This document shows positions 27,302 to 38,559 of a stretch of DNA of 64,000 nucleotides, piece by piece. Positions within the stretch are counted from its first letter, which is position 1. Each line of letters starts with the position of its first letter. The stretch lies in contig DATKSU010000006.1 of NCBI GenBank assembly GCA_035531495.1, positions 1,821 to 65,820 on the forward strand. The letters are read 5' to 3'. The notes beneath the pieces were generated by a model. That model made no database searches, was not told the origin of the DNA, and worked only from the letters and a program-made list of their open reading frames with translations. This stretch comes from Minisyncoccota bacterium (lineage in GTDB: Bacteria; Patescibacteriota; Minisyncoccia; Phycocordibacterales; Phycocordibacteraceae). A program made the translations under genes and the position numbers.

Positions 27302-28531
27302 ATGAGCGATCAGCCGGATAAGGAGCGTGATCACAAGAAGCTCGGACGAGAGCTCGATTTGTTCACGTTCTCTGAATTGGTCGGCGCTGGCCTCCCGCTC
27401 TGGACACCGAAGGGGACGCTGGTTCGACAGGAGCTCGATGCGTTCGTATGGGAGCTTCGTTCGAAGTATGGCTATCAGCGCGTCACCATCCCACATATCA
27501 CGAAACGCAACCTCTATGAGACCTCTGGCCATTGGCAAAAATTCGCCGAAGACCTCTTCAAGGTGACTTCGCGCGATGAGCGCGAATACGCCATCAAGCC
27601 GATGAACTGCCCGCATCACACGCAGATATTCGCGCGCCGGCCGCACTCGTATCGCGAGATGCCTCAGCGCTATGCGGAGACGACGATGGTGTACCGCGAT
27701 GAACAGTCGGGAGAATTGAACGGCCTCACGCGCGTCCTCTCGATAACCCAGGACGACAGCCACGTTTTCTGCCGCACGTCTCAGATCAAGGAAGAGTTCC
27801 TCAAGATTTGGAACATCATCGATACGTTCTACACGCAATTTGGATTTGCCGACCTTAAGGTGCGCCTCTCGTTCCATGATCCGAAGACGCCGGAAAAATA
27901 TCTCGGCACGCCGGAAATCTGGAAGCATGCCGAGGACTCATTGCGGGAAATCGCCCATGAGCGCGGTGCCGCTTCCTTCGAAGCGCCCGGAGAAGCTGCG
28001 CTTTATGGGCCGAAACTCGATTTCATCGCAAGCGACTCCATCGGTCGCCAGCATCAAGTCGCGACTATTCAGCTTGATCTCAACCTTCCCGAACGTTTCG
28101 ACCTTTGCTGCATCAACGAAAAGGGTGAGCGCGAGAGAATCGTCATGATTCATTCGGCAATCATGGGCTCGATTGAACGGTTCACCGCTGTCCTGCTCGA
28201 ACACACCGCGGGCATGCTGCCGCTCTGGCTCGCGCCGGTGCAGGCGCGCGTGCTCTCGGTATCGGAGAAGCAGACGGCCTATGCGCGCGAGGTCTTCGAA
28301 GCACTTAAAACCGCCGGCATCCGCGCCGAGCTCGACGATTCGGATGAATCGCTCGGCAAGAAGATACGGAACGGGAAAGCCGAGAAGATCCCCTACCTGC
28401 TCGTCGTCGGTGATAAGGAGGCCGAGGCGAAGACAGTGACGGCCGAAAGCCGCGACCACGGGAAGCTCGACGCCCTCCCACTCTCCGACTTCATCGCGCG
28501 CGCCCGCGAAGAGATTTCAGTACGAAAATAG
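27302..28531 (+). CDS. thrS: Threonyl-tRNA synthetase, short form lacking N-terminal domains
   Basis: DHKKLG, KPMNCPHH, YGPKLD, MIHSAIMGSIERF, anticodon-binding domain. Confidence 0.95.
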   Translation: MSDQPDKERDHKKLGRELDLFTFSELVGAGLPLWTPKGTLVRQELDAFVWELRSKYGYQRVTIPHITKRNLYETSGHWQKFAEDLFKVTSRDEREYAIKPMNCPHHTQIFARRPHSYREMPQRYAETTMVYRDEQSGELNGLTRVLSITQDDSHVFCRTSQIKEEFLKIWNIIDTFYTQFGFADLKVRLSFHDPKTPEKYLGTPEIWKHAEDSLREIAHERGAASFEAPGEAALYGPKLDFIASDSIGRQHQVATIQLDLNLPERFDLCCINEKGERERIVMIHSAIMGSIERFTAVLLEHTAGMLPLWLAPVQARVLSVSEKQTAYAREVFEALKTAGIRAELDDSDESLGKKIRNGKAEKIPYLLVVGDKEAEAKTVTAESRDHGKLDALPLSDFIARAREEISVRK

Positions 28532-28545
28532 CCGCGAGCGCGTAG

Positions 28546-31500
28546 TTACGCGCCGATGGCTGCGAACGCGCGGGTGAGCGCGAGCTTCGCGCCGGTCACA
28601 CTCGCCGTGTAGCTCGAGTCGATAGCGGTGGTGAGGGAGGAGACGAGCTTCTCGAGGGTCGGCGTGTCGAAGCGCGCCGTCATGCGCACGACGTCGGGGT
28701 CGCACGGCGTGCCCTCGATGCGGGCGCGGTAGGCGTCGTCGAGCATGCAAACGGCATCCGTGAGCATCTTCTCCGGGGATTCCCCGCCGCGCGCTTGCTG
28801 GCGGATAGCCGCGAAGACCGCGCTCCGGTCGCCCTCGATGAGCGCCGCGAGGAAGCCGCGCACGTGCGCCGGCGGCAACGCCGCGCCGGCGGCGGCAGGG
28901 ACCGCTTCGAACGACTCGACGTGTTCGAACACGGGTTCGACGTGCTCATAGACCGGCTCCGTCTGCGGCGCGGGCGCCGGGCGCTCCGCGCGGCGAGCTG
29001 CCGACGGCTCGCGCTCGCGCGTGAGGCCCTTTACAATGTCGTCGACGGAGAGCGCGCCGGTGGCGTGACTGAACGACTTGAACCCTTCGAAGGGCGAATA
29101 GCCGCGCGGTGCGTCGACGGGCGCCTCGGCATGCAGCGCGGCAGGCGCGGGCTGTGGCGCCAGCTCATGCGCCGGCTCCTGTTCGGCGTTCAGAGCATCC
29201 GAAAGGCGCAGACCGAACGAGTGTCCGGAGCGGACGACGAACGGCACCGCGCTGAAGAGCACGAAGTATGCGAGAGCGAGCGAAAGGCCTATGAGGACGA
29301 GCCAGTACACTGTCGTTCCGACCGGACCGAGGTCGAGGCCGGTGTACGGAATCTGCGAAAGGTAGAGGTACGCGAGCGGCGCCGTGCTCACGTGCGGGAG
29401 CGCCGCGAGCGTGATGGTCGGAGGAGGCGTTCCGCCGCCTCCGCCTCCACCACCACCGCCTCCGCCGCCTCCGCCGCCTCCGCTCGTGACGTCGAGAGTC
29501 GCCGTGCAGATGAGGGTTTGGCCGGTATCCGTGTGGAACGTGCCCGTGTACGTATGGCTGCCGATGCTCGTCGGGGATACGCTCGCCGAGCCTGAGACCG
29601 CCGTCGTCGTGCCGACGCCGTTATCGATGAAAACTCCCGTGATGCCGAGGCCGCCCCAACTCAAGGTCGCCGCATTGCCGGAGACGACGCTCGTCGGGCT
29701 GACAGCGAGCGTGCAGGACGGACCGCCGCCTCCCCCGCCGCCGCCGACCGTGACGCTTGCGGTGCAGGTGCCGACCCTACCCATCGGGCTCACGACCGTC
29801 CCAGTGAAGACGGTGTCGGCCGTGATGGCCTTCGAGGTCGTCGTCCCGCTTACAGCTGGCGCGACGCTGCCGATGCCCTGGTCGATGGAGAACGTATCGG
29901 CATCGGTCGTCGCCCAGGCGAGGATCGTGGTGTCGCCCGTCGTGACTGACGCGGGCGTCGCCGTGAGCGTGCAGGTCGGCGTCGCGGGCGGCGGCGTCGA
30001 GACGGTGATGGTCACCGCACAGTGGGCCGTACCGCCGGCGCCGATAGCCGTTGCCGTATACGTCGTCGTCGTGATCGGCGAGACGGATGTAGAGCCGCTC
30101 GCGACCGGGGTCGACGTCCCGACGCCGTTATCGATCGTGAAGGACGTCGCGTTCGCCGACGTCCACGAGAGCGTCGCCGAACTGCCGCTCGTGATGGATG
30201 CGGGATTCGCGGAAAGCGTGCAGGAGACGGCAGGAGGAGGAGACGTCGTCACCTTGACCTTCGCCGTGCAGTGAACCGTGCCGCCGGAACCGGTCGCCGT
30301 GCCGGTATACGTCGTGGTCACGATCGGCGATGTCGTCGCCGAGCCGCTCGCAACGGGCGTCACGGAGCCGACGCCGTTATCTATGGAAAAGGAAGCGGCG
30401 TTCGAGGTCGTCCAGGAGAGCGTCGCGGTATCACCGGGTGCGATGGACGACGGGCTTGCCGAAAGCGAGCACATGGGTGCCGCGGGCGGGGGCGGCGATA
30501 TCACCTGCTGGTTCTTGAAGACGACAGCTGCGCAGACAGGACCGACCGGCACGTCGACCTTCCCGTCCGCCGGCGTGACGGACAGGAGCTTCCAGGTGCT
30601 CCCGGCCGGCACTTCGGTGACCTGATGCATGCCGACGGAGACTCCACTGAACGATGCGTTGCCATTCGCGTCATTCTGCGTCGTCAGTCCGCCATCAAGC
30701 GTGAAGGTGAATTGCGCAACCGGCTTCAGTTCGTTGCCGTTCGGATCGAAGGTCTCTTTCAGTATAGAGATGCAGCCTTTCGCGGGCGGGGGCGTCGTGA
30801 CGATCACTTTCGCCGTGCAGTGAACCGTGCCGCCGGAACCCGTCGCCGTGCCGGTATACGTCGTCGTCGCGGTCGGGGAAACCGAGGTCGAGCCGCTCGC
30901 AACGGGCGTCACGGAGCCGACGCCGTTATCTATGGAAAAGGAAGCGGCATTCGAGGTCGTCCAGGAGAGCGTCGCGGAACCGCCGTTCTGGATGGACGGA
31001 GGGCTTGCCGAAAGCGAGCACGTGGGTGCCGCGGGCGGCGGGGGCGTCGTGACGGTCACGGTCGTCGTACAGTGCACGGTCTTGCCGTCCGACCCCGTCG
31101 CCGTACCCGTATACGTCGTCGTCACGGCCGGCGAGACCGTCACCGAGCCGCCGGACGCGGGCGAGACGGAACCGACGCCGTTATTGATGGAGAAGGACGC
31201 CGCGTTCTTCACGGACCAGGTAAGCGTCGTCGAGTCGCCCTTCGCGATGGATGCCGGACTCGCGGAGAGTGTGCAGGAGCACGGGCCGGGCGGCGGGGAC
31301 GTCGTGACAGTGATTGTAATCGAGCAGTGGGCCGTCGCCGTCGCGCTCGAGACCGTACCGGTGTACGTCGTCGTCACAGCTGGCGAGACCGTGACAGAAC
31401 CGTGCGCGACCGGCGTCACGGGACCGATACCGTTGTCGATTGTGAACGACGTCGCGTTCGCCGTCGCCCACGAGATGACGGTCACGGAACCGCCGTTGAT

Positions 31501-31716
31501 GCTCGTCGCGCTCGCGGAGAGCGAGCACGAGGCCGCGGCGTAGGATGAACTCAAGGAGCCGCCGGTCAGGTCGTGCGCGAACACCTGCGCCGGGGTAATC
31601 GCACCGGTCGCCAGTGCGACGACAGCGCCAAGAAGAAGCGTCGCGGATATTGCAAGGACGCCGATGAGCATCGGACGGCGGATCGTATGGGAAATGAGGT
31701 CGTGGTCGGTATGCAT
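28546..31716 (-). CDS. Large surface protein with tandem Cys-bracketed Ig-like repeats, IPYTG sorting motif, TM and long C-terminal domain
   Basis: N-terminal hydrophobic segment; about 7 repeats CxLxA..W...FxIDNGVG..TTTYTxT..C; IPYTG at 29338-29352 then TM. Confidence 0.8.
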   Translation of the reverse strand: MHTDHDLISHTIRRPMLIGVLAISATLLLGAVVALATGAITPAQVFAHDLTGGSLSSSYAAASCSLSASATSINGGSVTVISWATANATSFTIDNGIGPVTPVAHGSVTVSPAVTTTYTGTVSSATATAHCSITITVTTSPPPGPCSCTLSASPASIAKGDSTTLTWSVKNAASFSINNGVGSVSPASGGSVTVSPAVTTTYTGTATGSDGKTVHCTTTVTVTTPPPPAAPTCSLSASPPSIQNGGSATLSWTTSNAASFSIDNGVGSVTPVASGSTSVSPTATTTYTGTATGSGGTVHCTAKVIVTTPPPAKGCISILKETFDPNGNELKPVAQFTFTLDGGLTTQNDANGNASFSGVSVGMHQVTEVPAGSTWKLLSVTPADGKVDVPVGPVCAAVVFKNQQVISPPPPAAPMCSLSASPSSIAPGDTATLSWTTSNAASFSIDNGVGSVTPVASGSATTSPIVTTTYTGTATGSGGTVHCTAKVKVTTSPPPAVSCTLSANPASITSGSSATLSWTSANATSFTIDNGVGTSTPVASGSTSVSPITTTTYTATAIGAGGTAHCAVTITVSTPPPATPTCTLTATPASVTTGDTTILAWATTDADTFSIDQGIGSVAPAVSGTTTSKAITADTVFTGTVVSPMGRVGTCTASVTVGGGGGGGGPSCTLAVSPTSVVSGNAATLSWGGLGITGVFIDNGVGTTTAVSGSASVSPTSIGSHTYTGTFHTDTGQTLICTATLDVTSGGGGGGGGGGGGGGGGGTPPPTITLAALPHVSTAPLAYLYLSQIPYTGLDLGPVGTTVYWLVLIGLSLALAYFVLFSAVPFVVRSGHSFGLRLSDALNAEQEPAHELAPQPAPAALHAEAPVDAPRGYSPFEGFKSFSHATGALSVDDIVKGLTREREPSAARRAERPAPAPQTEPVYEHVEPVFEHVESFEAVPAAAGAALPPAHVRGFLAALIEGDRSAVFAAIRQQARGGESPEKMLTDAVCMLDDAYRARIEGTPCDPDVVRMTARFDTPTLEKLVSSLTTAIDSSYTASVTGAKLALTRAFAAIGA
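30261..31045. repeat. Near-identical intragenic direct repeat (about 230 bp; 30261-30490 and 30810-31040)
   Basis: Long identical stretches such as GAGCCGCTCGCAACGGGCGTCACGGAGCCGACGCCGTTATCTATGGAAAAGGAAGCGGC in both copies. Confidence 0.85.
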
Positions 31717-31796
31717 GTGATTACGCCCTGAAACGGCAGCCGGCCTTCGGCTGCGCAGATGCCCTGCCCCCTTGCGGAGAGCCATCCGACTCCACA

Positions 31797-32489
31797 CTAC
31801 CCGGGAATCGGATGACTTTCAACAAAGTCGGCGACAACGACGAAACGGTCGGATTTCGAGGCGAACGAGTCACAGGTCGAGAGGGTGAGGACGCGACCTG
31901 TGACCGACAGCGGAATAGCGGCATCGTTCGCACTCTCCTTCGTCATGCTCACGACCGCATAGACGTACGCCATGTCAGCGGAGTCCACCTCAATGGAGTC
32001 GCCGCTCTCGAGCTTCTGGATGCCGTCGAAGGTCTTATAGGCCTGGTTCAGCACGATCGGCAGATAGCTCGAGTGGCCGAAGAGGACGACGTTGCCCGGC
32101 TCCCCGAGCTCCGCGGAGGTCGGGTAGCGCACGGCGCCTTTGAGGAGCAGCTGGTCGAGCGCATCGATATTCGTCGTGTCCGGATTCGCGATGGCCGCCG
32201 AGAGCGCGATTGACGGGATTGATATCTTTACCGGGAACTCGGCGCCCGCTGCGGGCGCGGGCGCCCTCGTGCCCGCTGCGACGAGGACGTCCGACGAGAG
32301 CGCCACCGCCGGCGCGGCCGGCGCGGCCGGATCCGGCAGGAGGTCGAGCCGCGCGAGGACGGCGACGCCCGCGCCGAAGACGAATACGGAAATGACGAGG
32401 AAGCTCCACTTCCTCCCATAGGCCCGCTTCCCGGCCCGGATGAGCCGCGCGACGATGCGAATGACGCTTACCATGATTGTCTCGCCCAT
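31797..32489 (-). CDS. Sortase
   Basis: N-terminal TM, catalytic His (FGHSS), Cys (TLSTC) and Arg (SDRFVV). Confidence 0.9.
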   Translation of the reverse strand: MGETIMVSVIRIVARLIRAGKRAYGRKWSFLVISVFVFGAGVAVLARLDLLPDPAAPAAPAVALSSDVLVAAGTRAPAPAAGAEFPVKISIPSIALSAAIANPDTTNIDALDQLLLKGAVRYPTSAELGEPGNVVLFGHSSYLPIVLNQAYKTFDGIQKLESGDSIEVDSADMAYVYAVVSMTKESANDAAIPLSVTGRVLTLSTCDSFASKSDRFVVVADFVESHPIPG

Positions 32490-32568
32490 ACATACGCCGA
32501 GTTGTCAATTATGTCAATCGAGGCGGATTTGACACGCCCCGAGGATAGTGGTATCTAGAACCCGTCCT

Positions 32569-33333
32569 ATGCGCATCTTCAATACCGTCTCTCCGGGCCG
32601 CCAGGCAGCCGTGAATTCCCTCGCGGCGGTCGGCTTCGTCGCGCTCGTCGCGGGCGGAATGTGGCTCGCGGTCTATTCCGCGCGCTACGTCCCGACCGCC
32701 ATCGGCAACCTCGGCACGGCCGCGGTGTCGCTCTCGAGCATCTTCGCGTCGAGGGGTGCTCCGGCGGGCCTCTCGGTCGTACCGGCCGCGACGACGACGC
32801 TTCCCTTCTCGAGCGCGAGCTCGACGATGGTGTCGACGGCGGAGCCCGCGCCCGTAAAGACCGCATCGCCTGCCCCCTCGCCGACGCCGGCGACCGGCAA
32901 GGAAACGACGCGCACCATCCAGGTCGGCGGCGCGACGACGCCCGCGCTCTATGGCCTCCCTGACTTCACCGTCACCATCGACGCGACGGGCTACCTCGCG
33001 ACGACCTCCGCGACCTCCTTCGTCGCGACGTCGACCGTCCCGGCCGGCAGCCGCCCGGCGGTCAAGTTCACCATCAAGAACATCGGTACGAACGCGACCG
33101 GCCCCTGGCGCTTCAGTGCGTCCATCCCGACGCAGACCGCGTATATCTACCAGTCCCTGCCGCAACAGTCGCTTAATCCGGGCGATAGCATCGAGTACAC
33201 GCTCGGCTTCACCGAGGCGAACTCGGGCGCGAACCAGACCGTCTCCATCACCGCGAACTTCGACCATGCGGTTGCGGAATCGAACGCGAACAACGACAGC
33301 GCGTCCGCGCAGCTGACCATCCTCGGACGGTAA
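32569..33333 (+). CDS. Membrane-anchored protein with C-terminal CARDB/Ig-like domain
   Basis: TM, Thr/Pro linker, PDFTV..FTIKNIG..VAESNANND pattern. Confidence 0.75.
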   Translation: MRIFNTVSPGRQAAVNSLAAVGFVALVAGGMWLAVYSARYVPTAIGNLGTAAVSLSSIFASRGAPAGLSVVPAATTTLPFSSASSTMVSTAEPAPVKTASPAPSPTPATGKETTRTIQVGGATTPALYGLPDFTVTIDATGYLATTSATSFVATSTVPAGSRPAVKFTIKNIGTNATGPWRFSASIPTQTAYIYQSLPQQSLNPGDSIEYTLGFTEANSGANQTVSITANFDHAVAESNANNDSASAQLTILGR

Positions 33334-33359
33334 TCCCGCTCCCCGCGTTTCCGCGAATG

Positions 33360-33385
33360 AAGAGACCGCCCTCGAGGCGGTCTTC
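33360..33385. terminator. Hairpin between convergent CARDB gene and gyrB
   Basis: AGACCGCC-CTCGA-GGCGGTCT. Confidence 0.5.
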
Positions 33386-33410
33386 GCATTCCGGCTGCGC
33401 AGGCTCGGCT

Positions 33411-35504
<2,094 letters not shown>

Positions 35505-35569
35505 ACAATCAGCGGTATTTCGTGCCTTTAGTATAGCACGAAGCGCTCGATTTTGCCTCCCTGGAGGCG

Positions 35570-35917
35570 CTACCGGACTCGGGTGATAGTGACCCCCGGG
35601 ATGGCATCCGGCCAGACCGCGTTCTTCTTGATGGAAACCGTGACTTCCTCGGCGCGCGCATCAGCGAGAGCGCCGCGGGCGATGTCCTCGGCAAGCGCCT
35701 CGACGAGGTAGTACTTCGTGCGCGCGAAGGCGTCGGTCACGCACTTTTTCAGGAAATCGAAGTCGATCGTGTCCGGCAGGTCGTCCGACGACGCGGCAGC
35801 GCGCAGGTCGCAGCGCACCTTGAGCGACACCTCGAACTCCTGCTCGATGCGCCGCTCGCGCGCATTATGCCCGTGCGTGCCGCGAATCTTGAAGGCGTCG
35901 AGCGTAACGTAATCCAT
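35570..35917 (-). CDS. folB: Dihydroneopterin aldolase
   Basis: HG..ERRIEQEF, SDDLPDTIDF, LVEALAEDIA. Confidence 0.85.
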   Translation of the reverse strand: MDYVTLDAFKIRGTHGHNARERRIEQEFEVSLKVRCDLRAAASSDDLPDTIDFDFLKKCVTDAFARTKYYLVEALAEDIARGALADARAEEVTVSIKKNAVWPDAIPGVTITRVR

Positions 35918-35919
35918 GA

Positions 35920-37755
35920 CTAGCGTATCTCGTATCCCTTCTCCTTGAGCGCGGCGTAAACCTTCTCCATGATGGCGTTAACTTCATCATCGGTAAGCGT
36001 GCGCTCGAACGACTGGAAGACGAGCCGGAACGCGTACGACGTCCTTCCCTCTTTCTCGAACGTATCGAATCGATCCAGCCGGACAGCGAGGTCGCCGGCA
36101 TGCTTGCGGATGAGTTCCCCGACCGACGCTTCGTCGGTATCGGCCGGCACCCAACAGGCGACGTCGCGCACGATGAACGGATATTGCGAGAACGGCTTGT
36201 ACATACCGAGCTTGTAGCGCTTCGGCTCGTAGTCCTTGCCGTAATCCTCGAGCTTCGCCTTGGAGAGATTGTCGTGCGCAGGAACGCCTTTCCACGCAGT
36301 CTCTGTCATCCGCAGTTCGAGGTACTCGCCTTCTTTCGGGAAGACGCTTCCGACCTCGAAGAGCTTCGGCTTCGCGTTCGGCGGAAGCACGAGCGGCGCA
36401 TACTCCCGCGCCTTTGTGAGCGCGTCGGCGAGCCCGTCCTCGAGCGAGGTGCGCAGCATGGACTTGGTCTTATCGAGCGGATTGGCGAGCATGACGTCGC
36501 CCTTCGGCGCGAAGGATTGGGTCGACACCTCCGTGAAGCCCTGCTCGATGAGCTGGTCCTTCATCCGCTCGATGCCGCGGAAGCGGGCTTGGTCGGGCTC
36601 GCCCATGGGCGGCAACTCGACCGAGGGGATGCTGTCGTAGCCGAGTATGCGGCCGACTTCCTCGACGAGGTCTTCGGGAATCGCGAGATCGGTGCGCTCA
36701 AAGGGCGGCGTCACGATGATCGTTTCTCCGGCAGCCACGCAGTAAAAGCCGAAGCGGCGGCTAAAAACGTCGGTAACCGGAGCCATTCCCTCGAGTCTGC
36801 GGCCAAGGAGACCGTTTATGCGCGCGAGCGAGACCCTCACCGGCGGATACGCGGGAGCGGGAGCGGGATATTCGTCCACGACGCCAATCACTTCCCCGCC
36901 CGTGATGTCCGTGATGAGGGCGAGGACATCGCGCATACCGTAGGCGGCGAGCCCGGGCGACGGCTTATTCTGGAAGCGCGTCGACGCTTCCGTGAAGAGC
37001 GCGAGCGCCTGCGCCGTACGGCGGATTGAGGGGCCGTCGAAGTTCGCCGACTCGATGACGAGGTCCGTTGTCGCCTCCGTCACCTCCGCCGCTTTCCCTC
37101 CCTTGATGCCGGCAATGCCGATCGGCAGATTGCGCTGCGCGTCCGTGATGAGGAGCGCGCCTTCCGGAAGCGCGTACTCCTCGCCCGAGAGGGTCGTGAA
37201 CTTCTCGCCCTTCGTCGCGCCGCGCACGCCGATGGCGTACCGGCCCTCCTTGCCGGCGAGCTTAGCCGCGTCGAAGGCGTGGAGTGGCTGGCCGATGTCG
37301 AGCATCACGTAATTCGTCGCGTCGACGACGTTGTTGATGGAGCGCTGCCCGACCGCTTCGAGCGCTTCTCGAAGCCAGCTGGGCGACGGGCCGACGGTGA
37401 CGCCCTTCACGACGGCGCTGATGTAGCGCGGGCACTTCGTCGGGTCCTCTATCTCCACCGTGAGCGCGTTCGCCCTCGGGAACGACGGCACGGGCTCCCG
37501 CAAGGGGTCTCTCTTGAGCGGGATGCCGCGTATGGCCGAGAGTTCTTTGGCGAGCCCGCGGTGCGAGAGGCAGTCGGCAGCGCGGTTCGGCAGCACCTTC
37601 ACGTCGAGTAGGTCGTCCGTATATCCCTCAACCTCGAATGCATGAAAGGTGAAGTCATCGGCGAGCCGTTCCGCGTCCGACCCATTGCCGAGATCGTCTT
37701 CCAGCGACTGCTTGTCGAGGTACTTCTTCAGCAACCATGCTCGGGAGATTTTCAT
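35920..37755 (-). CDS. pheT: Phenylalanyl-tRNA synthetase beta subunit (shortened)
   Basis: PNRADCLSHRG, B3/4 INNVVDATNY, DLVEEVGRILGY, FDX-ACB domain. Confidence 0.93.
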   Translation of the reverse strand: MKISRAWLLKKYLDKQSLEDDLGNGSDAERLADDFTFHAFEVEGYTDDLLDVKVLPNRAADCLSHRGLAKELSAIRGIPLKRDPLREPVPSFPRANALTVEIEDPTKCPRYISAVVKGVTVGPSPSWLREALEAVGQRSINNVVDATNYVMLDIGQPLHAFDAAKLAGKEGRYAIGVRGATKGEKFTTLSGEEYALPEGALLITDAQRNLPIGIAGIKGGKAAEVTEATTDLVIESANFDGPSIRRTAQALALFTEASTRFQNKPSPGLAAYGMRDVLALITDITGGEVIGVVDEYPAPAPAYPPVRVSLARINGLLGRRLEGMAPVTDVFSRRFGFYCVAAGETIIVTPPFERTDLAIPEDLVEEVGRILGYDSIPSVELPPMGEPDQARFRGIERMKDQLIEQGFTEVSTQSFAPKGDVMLANPLDKTKSMLRTSLEDGLADALTKAREYAPLVLPPNAKPKLFEVGSVFPKEGEYLELRMTETAWKGVPAHDNLSKAKLEDYGKDYEPKRYKLGMYKPFSQYPFIVRDVACWVPADTDEASVGELIRKHAGDLAVRLDRFDTFEKEGRTSYAFRLVFQSFERTLTDDEVNAIMEKVYAALKEKGYEIR

Positions 37756-38537
37756 AGCGGTTTCTCGTCGAAGCCGTAGACGAACCGGATGTCGCCCGAA
37801 TGGAAGAGGCGCGCGTCCGGAACGCCGTACTTGATCATCATGAGGCGCTCGATGCCGGCGCCGAAGGCGAACCCCTGGTACTTCGCCGGGTCGACCTTCG
37901 CGTTCTCGAGCACCTTCGGGTGCACCATCCCGGCGCCCATGACCTCGAGCCACTTCCCTTGCGCCGGGAACCACATGTCGACCTCGACCGAGGGTTCGGT
38001 GAACGGGAAATAGCTCGGGCGGAAGCGCAGCTTCGCGCTCGCATCAAAATATTCGCGCACGAACCGGTCGAGCGTCCCTTTGAGGTGCGCGAGCGTGATG
38101 CCCTCGCCGACGGCGAGCCCTTCGAGCTGGTAGAACTGCGCCTCGTGCGTCGCGTCCGTCGCTTCGTTCCGGAACACCTTGCCCGGCGCGATGATGCGTA
38201 TCGGCGCGCCATGCTTCTCGAGGGCGCGTATCTGCACGGGCGACGTGTGGGTTCGCAGGAGCTTCCGCTCCTCGCCCGGCGCGGTCTTCACGCTGTCGTT
38301 ACTGCCGCCTGACGGCGGCCTCCCACGTTCTGGATCCTTTATCCAGAACGTGTCCCACATGTCGCGCGACGGATGGTCGGGCGCGATGTTCAAAGCGTCG
38401 AAGTTGTACCACTCGGTCTCGAGCTCGGGACCGTACGCGACGCCGAACCCCATGCGGCCGAAGATATCCGCGAAATCGCGCAGCGCGAGCGTGACGGGAT
38501 GCAAACGCCCTTCGGGGACGGGCGGCGTGTCTGACAT
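37752..38537 (-). CDS. pheS: Phenylalanyl-tRNA synthetase alpha subunit (catalytic core)
   Basis: LRTHTSPVQ, RPSYFPFTEPS, GFAFGAGIER. Confidence 0.95.
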   Translation of the reverse strand: MSDTPPVPEGRLHPVTLALRDFADIFGRMGFGVAYGPELETEWYNFDALNIAPDHPSRDMWDTFWIKDPERGRPPSGGSNDSVKTAPGEERKLLRTHTSPVQIRALEKHGAPIRIIAPGKVFRNEATDATHEAQFYQLEGLAVGEGITLAHLKGTLDRFVREYFDASAKLRFRPSYFPFTEPSVEVDMWFPAQGKWLEVMGAGMVHPKVLENAKVDPAKYQGFAFGAGIERLMMIKYGVPDARLFHSGDIRFVYGFDEKPL

Positions 38538-38559
38538 GGAAAAAGGATAACAAAGTGTT

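Noticed and set aside
29420-29482. CCGCCT/CCACCA short tandem repeats (also 55255-55290)
   Set aside because: They encode poly-Gly linkers; no repeat-spacer structure, so not CRISPR
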